NCBI GenBank assembly: GCA_044224875.1
Contig: JBGAJQ010000004.1
Location: forward strand, 1 to 64,000
Length of the DNA: 64,000 nt
Origin: Gemmatimonadaceae bacterium
GTDB taxonomy: Bacteria > Gemmatimonadota > Gemmatimonadetes > Gemmatimonadales > Gemmatimonadaceae
Reading direction: 5' to 3'
The notes under the pieces were generated by a model. It searched no databases, was not told the DNA's origin, and saw nothing but the letters and a program-made list of their open reading frames with translations. Every line of letters starts with the position of its first letter. Position 1 is the stretch's first letter. Shown here piece by piece: positions 49,154-59,957 of this stretch. Position numbers and translations under genes: made by a program.

Positions 49154-50928
49154 CTACTTGCGCCGCCGGGCCGCGGCGGCAGCCGCACTCGCCTTCGAGT
49201 CCGGACTCCGCGTATCGTTCGCCCCCGTTGCCACGCCGGTTGCGGGATCGTACACGATGGAATGGGCATCGCCCTGGCTCTTGTCACGCTCCAGGCCCAC
49301 GTGATGCCCCATCTCCCGCAGTTTAGCGATCGTTTCGGCCGACGCACCACCTGCCTCGATGAAGGTCGTGTCCGGCAGCCACTGGTTGTGCAACCGGGAG
49401 GCGTCGACCGCCTGACGAGCGGTCTTCCCGAATGCGGTAACCCCAGATCACGTTCAGCACCGTTGGGAATCGTTCGTCCTCCGGGTGAACCCGTGACGAG
49501 CCGCAGTTGCCCATTGCGCGTGATGATGGCGGGCGACATGGAACTCAGCATCCGCTTGCCGGGCGCAATGATGTTCGGCGGCGTGCCAATATCACCGCGA
49601 CGCGTGGTGTTGCCGGGCTTCTTGTTGAAGTCGCCCATCTCGTTGTTCAGGATGAATCCGGCGACCACCACGCCAGAACCATAGCTGCCCTCCAGTGTGT
49701 AGGTGCTGGACACGGCGCTTCCGTCCGCGTCCACCACACTGAAGTGCGTGGTCGCATCCGGCTCCATGGCCGTTGCCTGGCCTAACAAGTCGGCTCCGAG
49801 GGAGTCGCTGCGCGACGCGTGCTTGAGGTCGATCGAGCGGGTCAGCTCGGTCGCATAGGTCTTGGAGAGCAGTCGTTCCATCGGCACTTTCACAAAGTCC
49901 GAGTCGCCCATCCAGCGAGCGCGCTCCAGGTACACCCGCCGTGCGGCTTCTATGCGCCGGTGGAGAAACTCCGGAGAGTCTGGCGCAAAGCGCTGTGCCG
50001 CCATCGCCTCGAGCATGTTCAACGTCATGATCATCACCATGCCGCCGGAACTCGGCGGCCCCATGGAAATGATCTCGTTTCCGAGAAAGGACCCGCGGGC
50101 CGGCGGCCGCTCGACGGCTCGGTAGGCGGCAAGATCCGCCTTGGTGATGAGGCCTCCGTGCGCCCGCATCTGTGCGTCCAGGGAGTCGGCGATCCACCCC
50201 TTGTAGAAGGCGTCGGGGCCGTCGCTGGCAATGGCGCCTAACGCGCGTGCCAGCTGAGGCAACTTCAACCGGTCTCCGGCCACCCACTTGGCGCCCTGCG
50301 CCTTGCCATAAGCGGCCACCGACGCGGGAAAGGGCGACATGAACTCACCGACGGCGGCATTCAATTCCGCGGCCAGCCCCTTGGACAACACGAAGCCGCT
50401 CGCCGCCAAGTCGGCCGCCGGCTGCACCACGTCCTTCCACGGCAACTTGCCGTACTTCTCGTGCGCGAGCGCGAGTCCGCGCACCGTGCCCGGAACCCCC
50501 GGCGACTTCCACCCCGAATCCGTCCCGGCGTAGTTGAGCGATCCATCGGCGGCCACGTACATCGTGACGGTGGAGGCGAGCGGCGCTTTCTCCCGGTAGT
50601 CGATGGTGGTCGCTCGGCCATCGGCCAGCCGGATGATCATGAACCCACCGCCGCCGATGTTGCCGGCACTGGGATGCGTAACCGCCAGCCCAAACGCCGT
50701 GGCCACGGCGGCATCCACGGCGTTTCCGCCCTTGGCCAGGACGCGCGCGCCGATGTCCGACGCGAGGTAATGTGACGAGACGACCATGCCGCGCGACGAG
50801 CGCGCATCACGAACGGTCTGGCCTGGTAGCTGGAGCGCGGGAAGGAGCGACAGGGCGGCCAGCGTCCGTGCGCGCCAACGACGAGCGCGGGAGACGGCGC
50901 GATGCGACACGGGCAAGGGCATCATCAT
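49154..50928 (-). pseudogene. ggt: Gamma-glutamyltransferase with frameshifts near the C-terminus (pseudogene or sequencing error)
   Basis: GGNAVDAA, GNIGGGGF, DYRE, GVPGTV, autocatalytic TTHFSV, LNNEMGDF, KRMLSSMSP, GSPGG. The continuation TVLNVI... and RLHNQWLPD...GANDTR lies in two other frames. Confidence 0.85.
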
Positions 50929-50966
50929 GAGAGTCCTCGAACGAATGCGGACGAGTCGCCGGCGGA

Positions 50967-53585
50967 CTAACGACCGCCTAACGGGAACCAATAGGACACC
51001 TTCAGGGCCAGGTAGTTATCGCCGTCGGCGCGCGCCGTCGACCAGAGATCGCCGATGGCCACCGAACGCCGCTCCGTCGTGCTGGAAAATCGATTCTGCT
51101 GCCAGACGAGAAAGAGGGTACTCCCCGGGTTCCATTCCCATCGTAACACCAGGTTGGACCGGAACGATAGGACGTGGAAGTCCGGATCGTCGATGGAAAA
51201 GCTCGTCGCCCCCGACGACAGGTCATACCCACCATCGGAGCGTCGCGTGATGGTCGTCCCCGCCGAGCCGTAGGTGCGCAGCTGTCGCCGCCGCGCCTGG
51301 CGCAGGTCGCCAAAGTCGTAAAAGGTGCCGCTGGCGACGAACGGTTCGCCGTAGCCCTCGAGCGTAAGCACGGGGGAAAAAGCGTAATTCAGGCGCGTGC
51401 GCAGCGAAATCGTGGTACGGTCGACATACGCGAAGACGTATCGGTTCCCGTATGTGTCCGTTGCCTGCGGGTCCAGGACGGTCGTGATGTACTGGCGCGG
51501 ATCAGTGCCCTTTACGTAGCTGGGCTCGAAGGAGAGTTGCCAGCTCGGCGCGGGACGCATCGTGAGGCTTCCACTGGTGTTCACCCGGTGTCCACCGATG
51601 TTGTCCCGGGCAAGCACAAGCCCCACGCGCCAGCCCGTTCGACTCCCGAACGAATTCGACAGCCGCACTTCCTGCGACAGGTTTCGTCCTGTTTGCATCA
51701 CGGGCCCGCCGCGCGTCAGCGCGTCGTCCATCGTCGGCAGGTCCAACTGCGTCCGCATGGTGAGGTTCCAGAGGTTCTTGAACGTCAGGGTGGTGGTCTC
51801 ACTCCACGAATTCACTGTGTGATCGCGGCCGTAGTTGTAAGACCCCCGCGTCAAGAAGCCCAGCCGCCAGTTCTGGAGATAACGACCTGGCTCCGTTTCC
51901 CGGATCTGGATGTCCGCGTTGTAGTCGATATCGTCCGCGCTCTGCAACCGGCCCATGTCGTTGACTTCGTATCCCGGCGACTCCGTCGTCAGCTGCGCCC
52001 CCCACAGGATGTGGCGGCCCGCGTCCTTGTCCGCGCGAAGGGACGCCGTGTAGCCTCCCAGAGACCGGCGGCTGGGATCGTAGGTCAGGTGCGTGGCGTC
52101 CGGGCGCGCGAAGTAGTGGGCACTGGAGCGCTGCGTTGCGGCGATGGCGAGGGAGTCTCCGGCGACGTAGGAGAAGCCCGCCCATCCCGTGATGGCATAC
52201 TTCCCCTGCTGAAAACGAATGCGCCAATCCAGTCCCGCCGCCGCGGCCTCTCGAGAAAGCAGGTCGGAGAGCGTCGGTTCGCTCGTCAGGTCCCGCCGCA
52301 TCATGCTCAACGTTCCACCGATCGTCGACGCCTGGCTCCCGACTTCCTGCTGCAGCCTAACGACGCCAAACGCCGACCGCGGTTCCACGGCCAGTCGCTG
52401 GGTACGCCCATCGGCAACGTTCCGCACGCGGGCACTCTCGCGGTCGGTCACGGCCAACAAGCCCCCGACCGACAGACGCGACGCCGTGCGTCCCGTCAGC
52501 TTTAGCGCCCCCAGGATGGTGCTGGCGCGTGGCAGGTCCACGTAGTCCCCCTCGGGAACCAGGTGCGCCGGGCCCCCCACACGACGAGAGTAGAAGTAGT
52601 TGGGCCCGTCAGCGCGAATCAGCTGGCTTCCCTCCACAAAGAACGGCCGCCGCTCCTCGAAGATGGTCTCGAACGCCGTCAGGTTCACCTCGGCGGGATC
52701 CGCCTCCACCTGGCCGAAGTCCGGATTCACCGTGGCATCGAGCGTGAGGTTGGAGCCGATCCCGAACTTCGCGTCCATGCCCAAGCGTACGCTGGTCGGG
52801 TTCCGAAACGGGTTCGCCGGATCGGCATTCGCCGTTCGCAAGGCGTCGCCCGCGACGTATGGCAGCAGCTCCACCGGCCGTGTTGGTCGTATCCCCGCAA
52901 TGCCCGACAGCGTACCAAACCGCGAGACAAATCCCGTTTCCCGGTTCGGCACCATGACCCAATAGATGTCCTCGTTCTTGTCTGGCATCCATCGGTCAAG
53001 CTGCAACCCCCACTCCTGCTCCATCGCCATCGCAAAGCGCAGCTGCGAAAAGGGAATGCGCATTTCCGCGGTCCACCCCAGCGAGTCCACGACCGCGGCC
53101 GCCTCCCACACGGGATCGTACTGACTCTCCCGTCCGCCCATCTCCTCGTCGCGGGAGTGGTGATAGTCACTCTTCACTCCCGCCGCGGACACGACGAATC
53201 CAAATGCGGTCCGACGGTCGCGTTGCGTATCCAACGTGATCGACAGGAACTCGGCGTTGCCCGATCCATCGCGCCGCGTGACCGCTCGCGCCACGCGCGA
53301 TGGATCCTTCCGGAACATCCGGGCGCCCACGTACAGACCTCCGTCGTCGTACGCAATCTGAACACGCGTTCGTTCCGACGGCTCGATGCCCTCGAACGGT
53401 CGTTTCTGCACGAAGTCTTCGATCGGCTTCGCAATCGTCCAGACCGCGTCATCCAACCGACCATCGACGCGTGGCGGGGAGCCAACGATGCGCACCGCCT
53501 CGGCGCGTTTGGAGGAGGGTTGGGCGACGAGCACGCACGTCGGGACAATGAGAGCAAGAACGCACAGTGACTGAGAGATTCGCAC
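50967..53585 (-). CDS. CBM9-like N-terminal domain + DUF5916 beta-barrel-like protein
   Basis: 'VDGRLDDAVW', 'GWTAEMRIPFSQLRF', 'DATVNPDFGQVEAD...NL..FE..FEERRPFF.EG', 'YSRR.G', 'NLVLRWE..PGSTLFLVW'. Start placed at GTG 53585. Confidence 0.85.
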   Translation of the reverse strand: MRISQSLCVLALIVPTCVLVAQPSSKRAEAVRIVGSPPRVDGRLDDAVWTIAKPIEDFVQKRPFEGIEPSERTRVQIAYDDGGLYVGARMFRKDPSRVARAVTRRDGSGNAEFLSITLDTQRDRRTAFGFVVSAAGVKSDYHHSRDEEMGGRESQYDPVWEAAAVVDSLGWTAEMRIPFSQLRFAMAMEQEWGLQLDRWMPDKNEDIYWVMVPNRETGFVSRFGTLSGIAGIRPTRPVELLPYVAGDALRTANADPANPFRNPTSVRLGMDAKFGIGSNLTLDATVNPDFGQVEADPAEVNLTAFETIFEERRPFFVEGSQLIRADGPNYFYSRRVGGPAHLVPEGDYVDLPRASTILGALKLTGRTASRLSVGGLLAVTDRESARVRNVADGRTQRLAVEPRSAFGVVRLQQEVGSQASTIGGTLSMMRRDLTSEPTLSDLLSREAAAAGLDWRIRFQQGKYAITGWAGFSYVAGDSLAIAATQRSSAHYFARPDATHLTYDPSRRSLGGYTASLRADKDAGRHILWGAQLTTESPGYEVNDMGRLQSADDIDYNADIQIRETEPGRYLQNWRLGFLTRGSYNYGRDHTVNSWSETTTLTFKNLWNLTMRTQLDLPTMDDALTRGGPVMQTGRNLSQEVRLSNSFGSRTGWRVGLVLARDNIGGHRVNTSGSLTMRPAPSWQLSFEPSYVKGTDPRQYITTVLDPQATDTYGNRYVFAYVDRTTISLRTRLNYAFSPVLTLEGYGEPFVASGTFYDFGDLRQARRRQLRTYGSAGTTITRRSDGGYDLSSGATSFSIDDPDFHVLSFRSNLVLRWEWNPGSTLFLVWQQNRFSSTTERRSVAIGDLWSTARADGDNYLALKVSYWFPLGGR

Positions 53586-53875
53586 GCGATGTAGTCTGGG
53601 GAACGTGACCGGCCGGGGGAGGGAAGGTGCCAGCGAACGCACTCGGGAATCGGGAGAATCTACACACGGCGCACGATCGGTTTGAGGGTGCACTCCGTGC
53701 CTTCGAGTGAGAGTGATCCCGGAACTGAATCCGGGCGCTGCGCACATGTTGATTCAGGGGACCGCGCAGGATTGGATTGCGGCGACGAATCGCTGGCGGA
53801 CCAGGGACGGCCCTCGCGACAATGACGGCGCGGTGCGTTCCGAATAGCTTTCACACAGCGACGGAACGACGGGCA

Positions 53876-55972
53876 ATGCCAACGACCCAACTTGGTGAGC
53901 GAGACGTGAGACTCAAGAACTACGCGTGCGGGGAGTGGGTGCAAGGCAGTGGAGCGGCGACGGACCTCTTCCACGCCGTAACCGGCGAGAAGATTGCAGA
54001 GGCATCGTCCGCGGGGCTCGACTTCAAGGCGATGACGGACCACGCGCGACGGGTGGGGGGGCCGGCGCTCCGTCGCATGACGTTCCACGAGCGCGCCCGG
54101 ATGCTCAAGGCGATGGCCCAGTACCTCACTGAGCGAAAAGACGCGTACTATCAGCTCTCCTCTGCCACCGGGGCCACAAAAGCCGACTCCTGGATCGACA
54201 TTGATGGCGGCTTTGGGACACTCTTTGTCTTTGCCAGCAAGGGACGTCGCGAGTTTCCTAACGAGACGTTCTATGTCGACGGGCCTGTGGAGGGAATCTC
54301 GAAGGGCGGAACGTTTGTTGGACGGCACATCTGCGTGCCCCTCGAAGGCGTGGCAGTGCACATCAATGCCTTCAATTTCCCCGTCTGGGGCATGCTGGAA
54401 AAACTCGCGCCGTCACTCCTCGCCGGGGTCCCGGCGATCGTGAAGCCCGCGACCCTGACCAGCTTCCTCACGGAACGTGTGTTCCAGGACATGGTCGCGG
54501 CCGGGATCTTTCCCGCCGGCGCCATCCAGTTGATCTGCGGAAGCGCCGGCAACCTGCTCGATCATCTGGACGCCCAGGACGCCGTCGCCTTCACCGGATC
54601 GGCTGCAACCGGTCGCAAGCTGAAGGAGCATCCAGCCATTGTCTCGAATGCCGTTCGCTTCAACATGGAGGCAGACTCGCTCAACTGCTCCATTCTCGGA
54701 CCCGATGCGCGTCCCGGAACCGAGGAGTTCGACATTTTCGTGAAAGAAGTGACGCGCGAGATGACCAGCAAGGCGGGGCAGAAGTGCACGGCCATTCGGC
54801 GCACCATCGTCCCGGAGGCGATGATGGGGGACGTCGTCGCCGCGCTCAGCAAACGACTGGCGAGCGTGACGATCGGCGACCCGACCGTTGAAGGCGTGAA
54901 GATGGGTCCCCTGGCTGGGAGGGCACAGGTGAAGGAGGTGCGCGCCAGCCTCGACGCGATTCGCGCCGGGGCCCAGGTCGTCTTTGGCGGAGGCGACGCT
55001 CCGACGACGGTTGGAGCTGACGCAAGCCGCGGCGCCTTCTTCCCCATCACGCTGCTAGCGTGCGACGCCCCAATGCGTTCCTCGCAGCCTCACGACATCG
55101 AGGCGTTTGGGCCAGTTAACACGGTGATGCCCTACGCCTCCGTCGGCGATGCGATTGAGCTGGCGAAGCGAGGTCGCGGCAGCCTGGTCGGCTCGCTCTT
55201 CACGGCGGACGATAGTGTGGCGCGAGATGTGGTGCTGGGCGTGGCGCCCTATCACGGGCGGATGTACGTCGCCAATCGCCACAGCGCCAAGGAGGCGACT
55301 GGACACGGTTCGCCACTCCCGCACCTCGTGCACGGCGGTCCAGGACGGGCGGGAGGCGGTGAGGAGATGGGAGGAGTGCGCGGCGTCTTGCACTACATGC
55401 AGCGAACGGCCGTACAGGGCGCTCCGGAGACCATCGCGCGCATCACCAACGAGTGGATTCCCGGGGCCAACCAGCCTTCCGATACCGTGCACCCCTTCCG
55501 CAAGTACTTCGAGGAGCTGCGGATCGGTGAGACCCTAACGACGCATCGACGTACCGTCACCGAAGCGGATGTCGTGAACTTCGCTGGCATCAGCGGCGAC
55601 TACTTCTATGCCCATATGGACGATATCGCCGCCAAGGAGTCCATCTTCGAGCGGCGGGTGGCACACGGCTACTTCGTCCTTTCGGCGGCCGCTGGATTGT
55701 TCGTGGATCCTGCGCCGGGCCCGGTGCTGGCGAACTACGGTTTGGAGAACCTTCGCTTCGTGAAGCCGGTGTACCCAGGGGACACCATTCAGGTCAAGCT
55801 CACCTGCAAGCAGAAGACGGCCAAGGAGACGCCTCCTGATGGGGTCCCTCAGGGCGTCGTGGCCTGGGAAGTTGCCGTGACCAATCAGGACGGCGAGCTG
55901 GTTGCGACCTACGTCATCCTCACCCTGGTGAAGCGAAGGGCGGCAGCCGCCGCCGGGAACGGAGCGCCGTAG
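53876..55972 (+). CDS. paaZ: Bifunctional oxepin-CoA hydrolase / aldehyde dehydrogenase
   Basis: [56 protein letters not shown]-terminal MaoC domain GDYFYAHMD...AHGYF. Confidence 0.95.
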   Translation: MPTTQLGERDVRLKNYACGEWVQGSGAATDLFHAVTGEKIAEASSAGLDFKAMTDHARRVGGPALRRMTFHERARMLKAMAQYLTERKDAYYQLSSATGATKADSWIDIDGGFGTLFVFASKGRREFPNETFYVDGPVEGISKGGTFVGRHICVPLEGVAVHINAFNFPVWGMLEKLAPSLLAGVPAIVKPATLTSFLTERVFQDMVAAGIFPAGAIQLICGSAGNLLDHLDAQDAVAFTGSAATGRKLKEHPAIVSNAVRFNMEADSLNCSILGPDARPGTEEFDIFVKEVTREMTSKAGQKCTAIRRTIVPEAMMGDVVAALSKRLASVTIGDPTVEGVKMGPLAGRAQVKEVRASLDAIRAGAQVVFGGGDAPTTVGADASRGAFFPITLLACDAPMRSSQPHDIEAFGPVNTVMPYASVGDAIELAKRGRGSLVGSLFTADDSVARDVVLGVAPYHGRMYVANRHSAKEATGHGSPLPHLVHGGPGRAGGGEEMGGVRGVLHYMQRTAVQGAPETIARITNEWIPGANQPSDTVHPFRKYFEELRIGETLTTHRRTVTEADVVNFAGISGDYFYAHMDDIAAKESIFERRVAHGYFVLSAAAGLFVDPAPGPVLANYGLENLRFVKPVYPGDTIQVKLTCKQKTAKETPPDGVPQGVVAWEVAVTNQDGELVATYVILTLVKRRAAAAAGNGAP

Positions 55973-56091
55973 CCGTGGGTCCGCGGGCGTGGCTTGGGTC
56001 CACCAAAAGTAGGACGCGGCGAAAAGTCAACCCGCTGAGATTTGCAGGCTTCGGCGGTTAGATTAGGGGGAACAAGCACAAGGACCTTCGT

Positions 56092-56412
56092 GTGAAGCAG
56101 GAATTCCGATTCGAGCACAATCACCGCAAGTTCACCTGCGCGGTCGGTGGACTCGGTTCCTCGCCTAACGACATGTGGTGGTGGTTCTCGGTGTCGTCCG
56201 ATGACCGTCATCGCTACGCGCCGTTCCGCGCCGAGGCTGGGGACACCCAGAACAACGTGCAGGAACGTGTGGTGGCATATTATGAAAACTTGCTTGCCAT
56301 TCGCGCCATGCCTCCGCAACCACACATCCGCACCGGCGGTCGTCCGACGAAAGCGGCGGCGGCAGCGAGTGCCGCGGTGGCCGACATGAATGCGGAAGTA
56401 GAAGCCGAGTAA
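56092..56412 (+). CDS. Small hypothetical cytoplasmic protein (WWWF...YAPF motif, GRP-K/Ala-rich tail)
   Basis: Stand-alone ORF followed directly by a strong terminator; globular-looking N-terminal domain. Confidence 0.7.
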   Translation: MKQEFRFEHNHRKFTCAVGGLGSSPNDMWWWFSVSSDDRHRYAPFRAEAGDTQNNVQERVVAYYENLLAIRAMPPQPHIRTGGRPTKAAAAASAAVADMNAEVEAE

Positions 56413-56426
56413 GCGCCTGATTCGAG

Positions 56427-56459
56427 AGTCCCCGGAGCGATCCGGGGACTTTCTTTTTT
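56427..56459 (+). terminator. Rho-independent terminator
   Basis: AGTCCCCGGA-GCGA-TCCGGGGACT (10-bp stem, GNRA loop) followed by TTCTTTTTT. Confidence 0.9.
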
Positions 56460-56629
56460 CGGCGGCCTTCGAGCGTCGATTTACAGCTCGTGGACCAGGC
56501 GACCCATCGCCTCGCCGACATTTGCGCGACGAGGGGGTGCTTGGGGATGACGCGACGCGCGCCCGGCCGGTGTCCGAAGTCGGCCGCGACCTCGCGAATG
56601 TGATTCGAGGGACGTGCCCGTGTCGCGAG

Positions 56630-57352
56630 TTACTTCACCACGCCAGCGATGGTGTCGTGATGCGTGCTGATGTGCTTCCGCAGCGTCGGCCCGATGGCGG
56701 CGCTGTTCTCGAAGCCGGCCTTCCGTGCGGCCGCATCGCCAACGTCCGGTGCGAAGGCCGACGACTCTGCGTAGTGGCGCAAGTCGCGGTAGAGGTCGAT
56801 CGTGAACATGTCCCACGGCGCGCCGCCTAACGACTGGTCTCGTTCGAAGTACAGCAGGTGGGCCCGCCCAACGTGTGCATTGAAGGCCGCTTCCATGCCA
56901 CGCTCCTTCTTCAGCTCGTCGTAGTGACCGGGAAAGGCCTGGAAGATCTCGATGTGTGCCAGCCCCGCCGCCTCGAATTCTTTCGAGAGGTCCGCCAGTG
57001 CCGGCCCGCGCACGTACACCTCCTCGTGCCATGCGACCAGGTCACGCATGCGCGCGTCGCGCGTGTCGCCAGCTACGCCCGCGGCCTCGCGGCGCGAGCG
57101 CCGCTGGGAAGAGAAGTACACGGACACGTCCTCGCCCATCGGCACCAGGAGCATGAGGTCCCATCGGTCCCCCTGGCTGTGTCGCATGAGAAACGGTCGG
57201 GCTTCGCCTGCCTTCTCGTAGGCCGGCATCTCGGCCTTGAGGGCGTCGATCAATTCGAGGAGCTTGCCCGGAGACGCCTGCATGAATTCCGCGCGATAGG
57301 TCGGTTGCGGAGCGGCGAGCGACAGCGAGGCAAGCAGTGGTAGCAGTAGCAT
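56630..57352 (-). CDS. Hypothetical secreted protein with two ferredoxin-like (NIPSNAP-like) halves
   Basis: Signal peptide; internal duplication 'EFMQASPGKLLEL...WDLM...WHEE' / 'EIFQAFPGHYDEL...WDMF...HHDT'. Confidence 0.65.
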   Translation of the reverse strand: MLLLPLLASLSLAAPQPTYRAEFMQASPGKLLELIDALKAEMPAYEKAGEARPFLMRHSQGDRWDLMLLVPMGEDVSVYFSSQRRSRREAAGVAGDTRDARMRDLVAWHEEVYVRGPALADLSKEFEAAGLAHIEIFQAFPGHYDELKKERGMEAAFNAHVGRAHLLYFERDQSLGGAPWDMFTIDLYRDLRHYAESSAFAPDVGDAAARKAGFENSAAIGPTLRKHISTHHDTIAGVVK

Positions 57353-57507
57353 AGGCGGTGTGAAAGGGGGTCAGAGAAAGATGCAGCCTTCGCCGGACAC
57401 AGGAAGAGTCGAGCCCGTCCGCCGCAGTGAGCCCTGACGACGATCGCCGCACGGCGAGTATGTTCTCTTAAGCCGCAATTCAGTTCACGAAGACAGGGAG
57501 GAGCTTG

Positions 57508-58140
57508 GTGTCGTCGGTATCAGCGTTGGACGCGCTCGAACGTCTGCGGGTGGGCAATCGTCGTTTTGTCACGGGCGTCCGGAACGGCGATGCGTTGGGC
57601 AACGCGCGCCGCATGGAGCTGACCGCGGGGCAGGAACCGTTTGCGATCATACTCGGTTGCTCCGACTCTCGGGTGCCTGCGGAAATCGTATTCGATCAGG
57701 GTCTGGGTGACCTCTTTGTAATTCGTGTCGCGGGCAATATCGTGGCGTCCTCGCTGGTCGGCAGCGTTGAGTTTGCCGCCGACCGCTTCGGCACGCGTTT
57801 AGTCGTGGTGCTGGGTCATTCCCGTTGTGGCGCCATTCTGGCAACAGTTGAGGAGCTGTTGGCGCACGGCCGATCGCCATCTCCGAACCTTCGTTCCATC
57901 GTTGATCGGGTGCGGCCTTCGGTGGAACCGCTGATGGCCACCGAGCTGCGGGACAGGCCGGACCAACTGGTCGAGCAGGCCGTTCGGGCAAACGTCCGCG
58001 CGTCCGCCAACCACCTCCGGCATGGCAGCGCCATACTCGAGCGCCTGATCCAGACTGACGGCCTGCTGGTTGTTGGAGCTGAATATTCCCTGGAGTCCGG
58101 CGAGGTCGATTTCTTCGACGGGTTGCCAGGTTCGCCGTAG
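57508..58140 (+). CDS. Beta-class carbonic anhydrase
   Basis: GCSDSRVP, FVIRVAGN, LGHSRCGA Zn ligands; GGAGG RBS. Confidence 0.95.
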   Translation: MSSVSALDALERLRVGNRRFVTGVRNGDALGNARRMELTAGQEPFAIILGCSDSRVPAEIVFDQGLGDLFVIRVAGNIVASSLVGSVEFAADRFGTRLVVVLGHSRCGAILATVEELLAHGRSPSPNLRSIVDRVRPSVEPLMATELRDRPDQLVEQAVRANVRASANHLRHGSAILERLIQTDGLLVVGAEYSLESGEVDFFDGLPGSP

Positions 58141-58214
58141 TGCACGAAGGCGACGCCGTATGAGGCAGGGACATCGATACAGCGTCGTCACCACATTCAC
58201 GTATCACGCGACTC

Positions 58215-59393
58215 GTGCCAAGACTCACCACACGATTTCAGGCGTTGCCAGCGTATCCGCTGGCGCACATTCCCGGGAAGAAGCGCGAGCTGTTGCAGCG
58301 CGGCGTCGACGTCATTGACCTCGGCGCCGGCGACGCGGACCTCCCAGCGCCTCCCAAGGCCATCGCCGCGCTCCAACGGGCGGCCGAGGTGCCCGCCTTC
58401 AGCAGGTATGGATTTGGCTTGGGGCATGTGCCGTTCCGCGAGGCAGTGAGCGCCTGGATGCAGAAGCGCTTTGCGGCGCGCTTCGATCCGCTGACGGAGA
58501 TCGTTCCACTGATCGGAAGCAAGGAAGGGCTGGCGCATGTGGCATTCGCCTACCTGCAACCGGGCGACGTGGCCGTTGTGCCTGAACCAGCGTATCAGGC
58601 GTACTTCGGCGGCACGCACCTGAGCGGCGCCACGCCCCATGTGTATCCGCTGCGACCGCGCACCCAATTCCTGATTGATGTGGATGAGTTGCCAGCCGAC
58701 GTGCGCGCTCGCACCCGCGTGTTGTACCTGAACTACCCGAACAACCCAACAACGGCCATCGCCCCACGCGAGTATCTCGAGCATGTGGTGCGGTGGTGTA
58801 AGGACAACGATGTGCTGCTGGTGTTCGACAACGCCTACAGCGAACTCGCCTTCGATGGCTACGTGCCACCCAGCATCTTTGAGGTGGACGGAGCGCGCGA
58901 CGTAGCCATCGAATTTCACTCGCTCAGCAAGACGTACAATATGACGGGTTGGCGCTGCGGCTGGGCGGCAGCCCGGCCGGAGATCGCCGGGGCGTTGGCG
59001 AAGGTGAAGACGTTTGTCGATACCGGACATTTCATGGGCATCCAGGCCGCCGGCGTGGCCGCGCTCGAGAGTTACGACGACTTCGTGCCGCAGAACATTG
59101 CCGTGTTCAAGGAGCGGCGTGACGCCGGCGTGGCGGCATTCTGCGCCGAGGGTTTCAGCTGTCCGTCGCCGAAGGCAACCATGTACCTGTGGATTGCGCT
59201 GCCTGATGGCATTCCGAGTCGCGCGTTTTCGGACAAGTTGATGGACGAACAGGGAGTCATCGTGCTTCCGGGGTCGTCGTTTGGCGAGGGTGGGGAAGGG
59301 TTCTTCCGGATCTCGTTCATCGTGCCGCCGGCGCGCTTGCGGGAGGCCGCCGTGCGTGCCGGACGTGTGTTGCGAGCGCTACAAGGTGCGTAA
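58215..59393 (+). CDS. PLP-dependent class I/II aminotransferase (LL-diaminopimelate aminotransferase-like)
   Basis: LIGSKEG, NYPNNPT, DNAY, SLSKTYNMTGWRCG, GEGFFRIS. Confidence 0.9.
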   Translation: MPRLTTRFQALPAYPLAHIPGKKRELLQRGVDVIDLGAGDADLPAPPKAIAALQRAAEVPAFSRYGFGLGHVPFREAVSAWMQKRFAARFDPLTEIVPLIGSKEGLAHVAFAYLQPGDVAVVPEPAYQAYFGGTHLSGATPHVYPLRPRTQFLIDVDELPADVRARTRVLYLNYPNNPTTAIAPREYLEHVVRWCKDNDVLLVFDNAYSELAFDGYVPPSIFEVDGARDVAIEFHSLSKTYNMTGWRCGWAAARPEIAGALAKVKTFVDTGHFMGIQAAGVAALESYDDFVPQNIAVFKERRDAGVAAFCAEGFSCPSPKATMYLWIALPDGIPSRAFSDKLMDEQGVIVLPGSSFGEGGEGFFRISFIVPPARLREAAVRAGRVLRALQGA

Positions 59394-59424
59394 CGTCACG
59401 ATCGTCTAGCTACGAGGTGTTCTC

Positions 59425-59691
59425 GTGTGTAGAAACATCAAGGTCCTCGCGAACTTCGAACCTCCCGCGACCGACGACGAAGTGCGGGCGTCGGCCCTGC
59501 AGTTCGTGCGCAAACTCAGCGGCAGTAGCAAGCCGTCGCAAGCCAACCAGTTGGCGTTCGACCGGGCGGTCGATGAGGTCACCGAGTCGGCGAGGCGTTT
59601 GTTAGCCAGCCTGGTGATCAACTCACCGCCGCGGAACCGGGAGGTGGAAGCGAAGAAGGCACGCGAACGATCGCTCAAGCGGTTCGCGTAG
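59425..59691 (+). CDS. DUF2277 family protein
   Basis: MCRNIK.L.NFEPPAT..E..A.ALQFVRKLSG signature; GAGG RBS. Confidence 0.85.
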   Translation: MCRNIKVLANFEPPATDDEVRASALQFVRKLSGSSKPSQANQLAFDRAVDEVTESARRLLASLVINSPPRNREVEAKKARERSLKRFA

Positions 59692-59957
59692 TGCTTCGTC
59701 GCGACCGCGCCATGGCCACATCCTCCTGAGCAGATCTCCACCGGATCGGCGTCCTGGCAAAACGCCGCTGCGAAGGAAAGGAGCAACGTGCGAACGACGG
59801 GTGCGTTCCCATCGGCTGTGATCGCAATGGGAAGCCACGCTGATCGCGCTGGCGTTGACGCCTAATCACCCGAACCGGTTGGAAGCTGATGCCAGTCGTT
59901 CGCGCGCCAGGAACGTCACTTCATAAGTAAGTTCAATCGTCCTCCGCACCCCCGAAT

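Noticed and set aside
49430..49470. Programmed ribosomal frameshifting in ggt
   Set aside because: Several separate shifts would be needed and there is no slippery heptamer; indel error or decay is simpler.
59692..59957. Riboswitch or small ORF in the gap upstream of the second CocE gene
   Set aside because: No recognisable aptamer consensus, terminator or convincing ORF.
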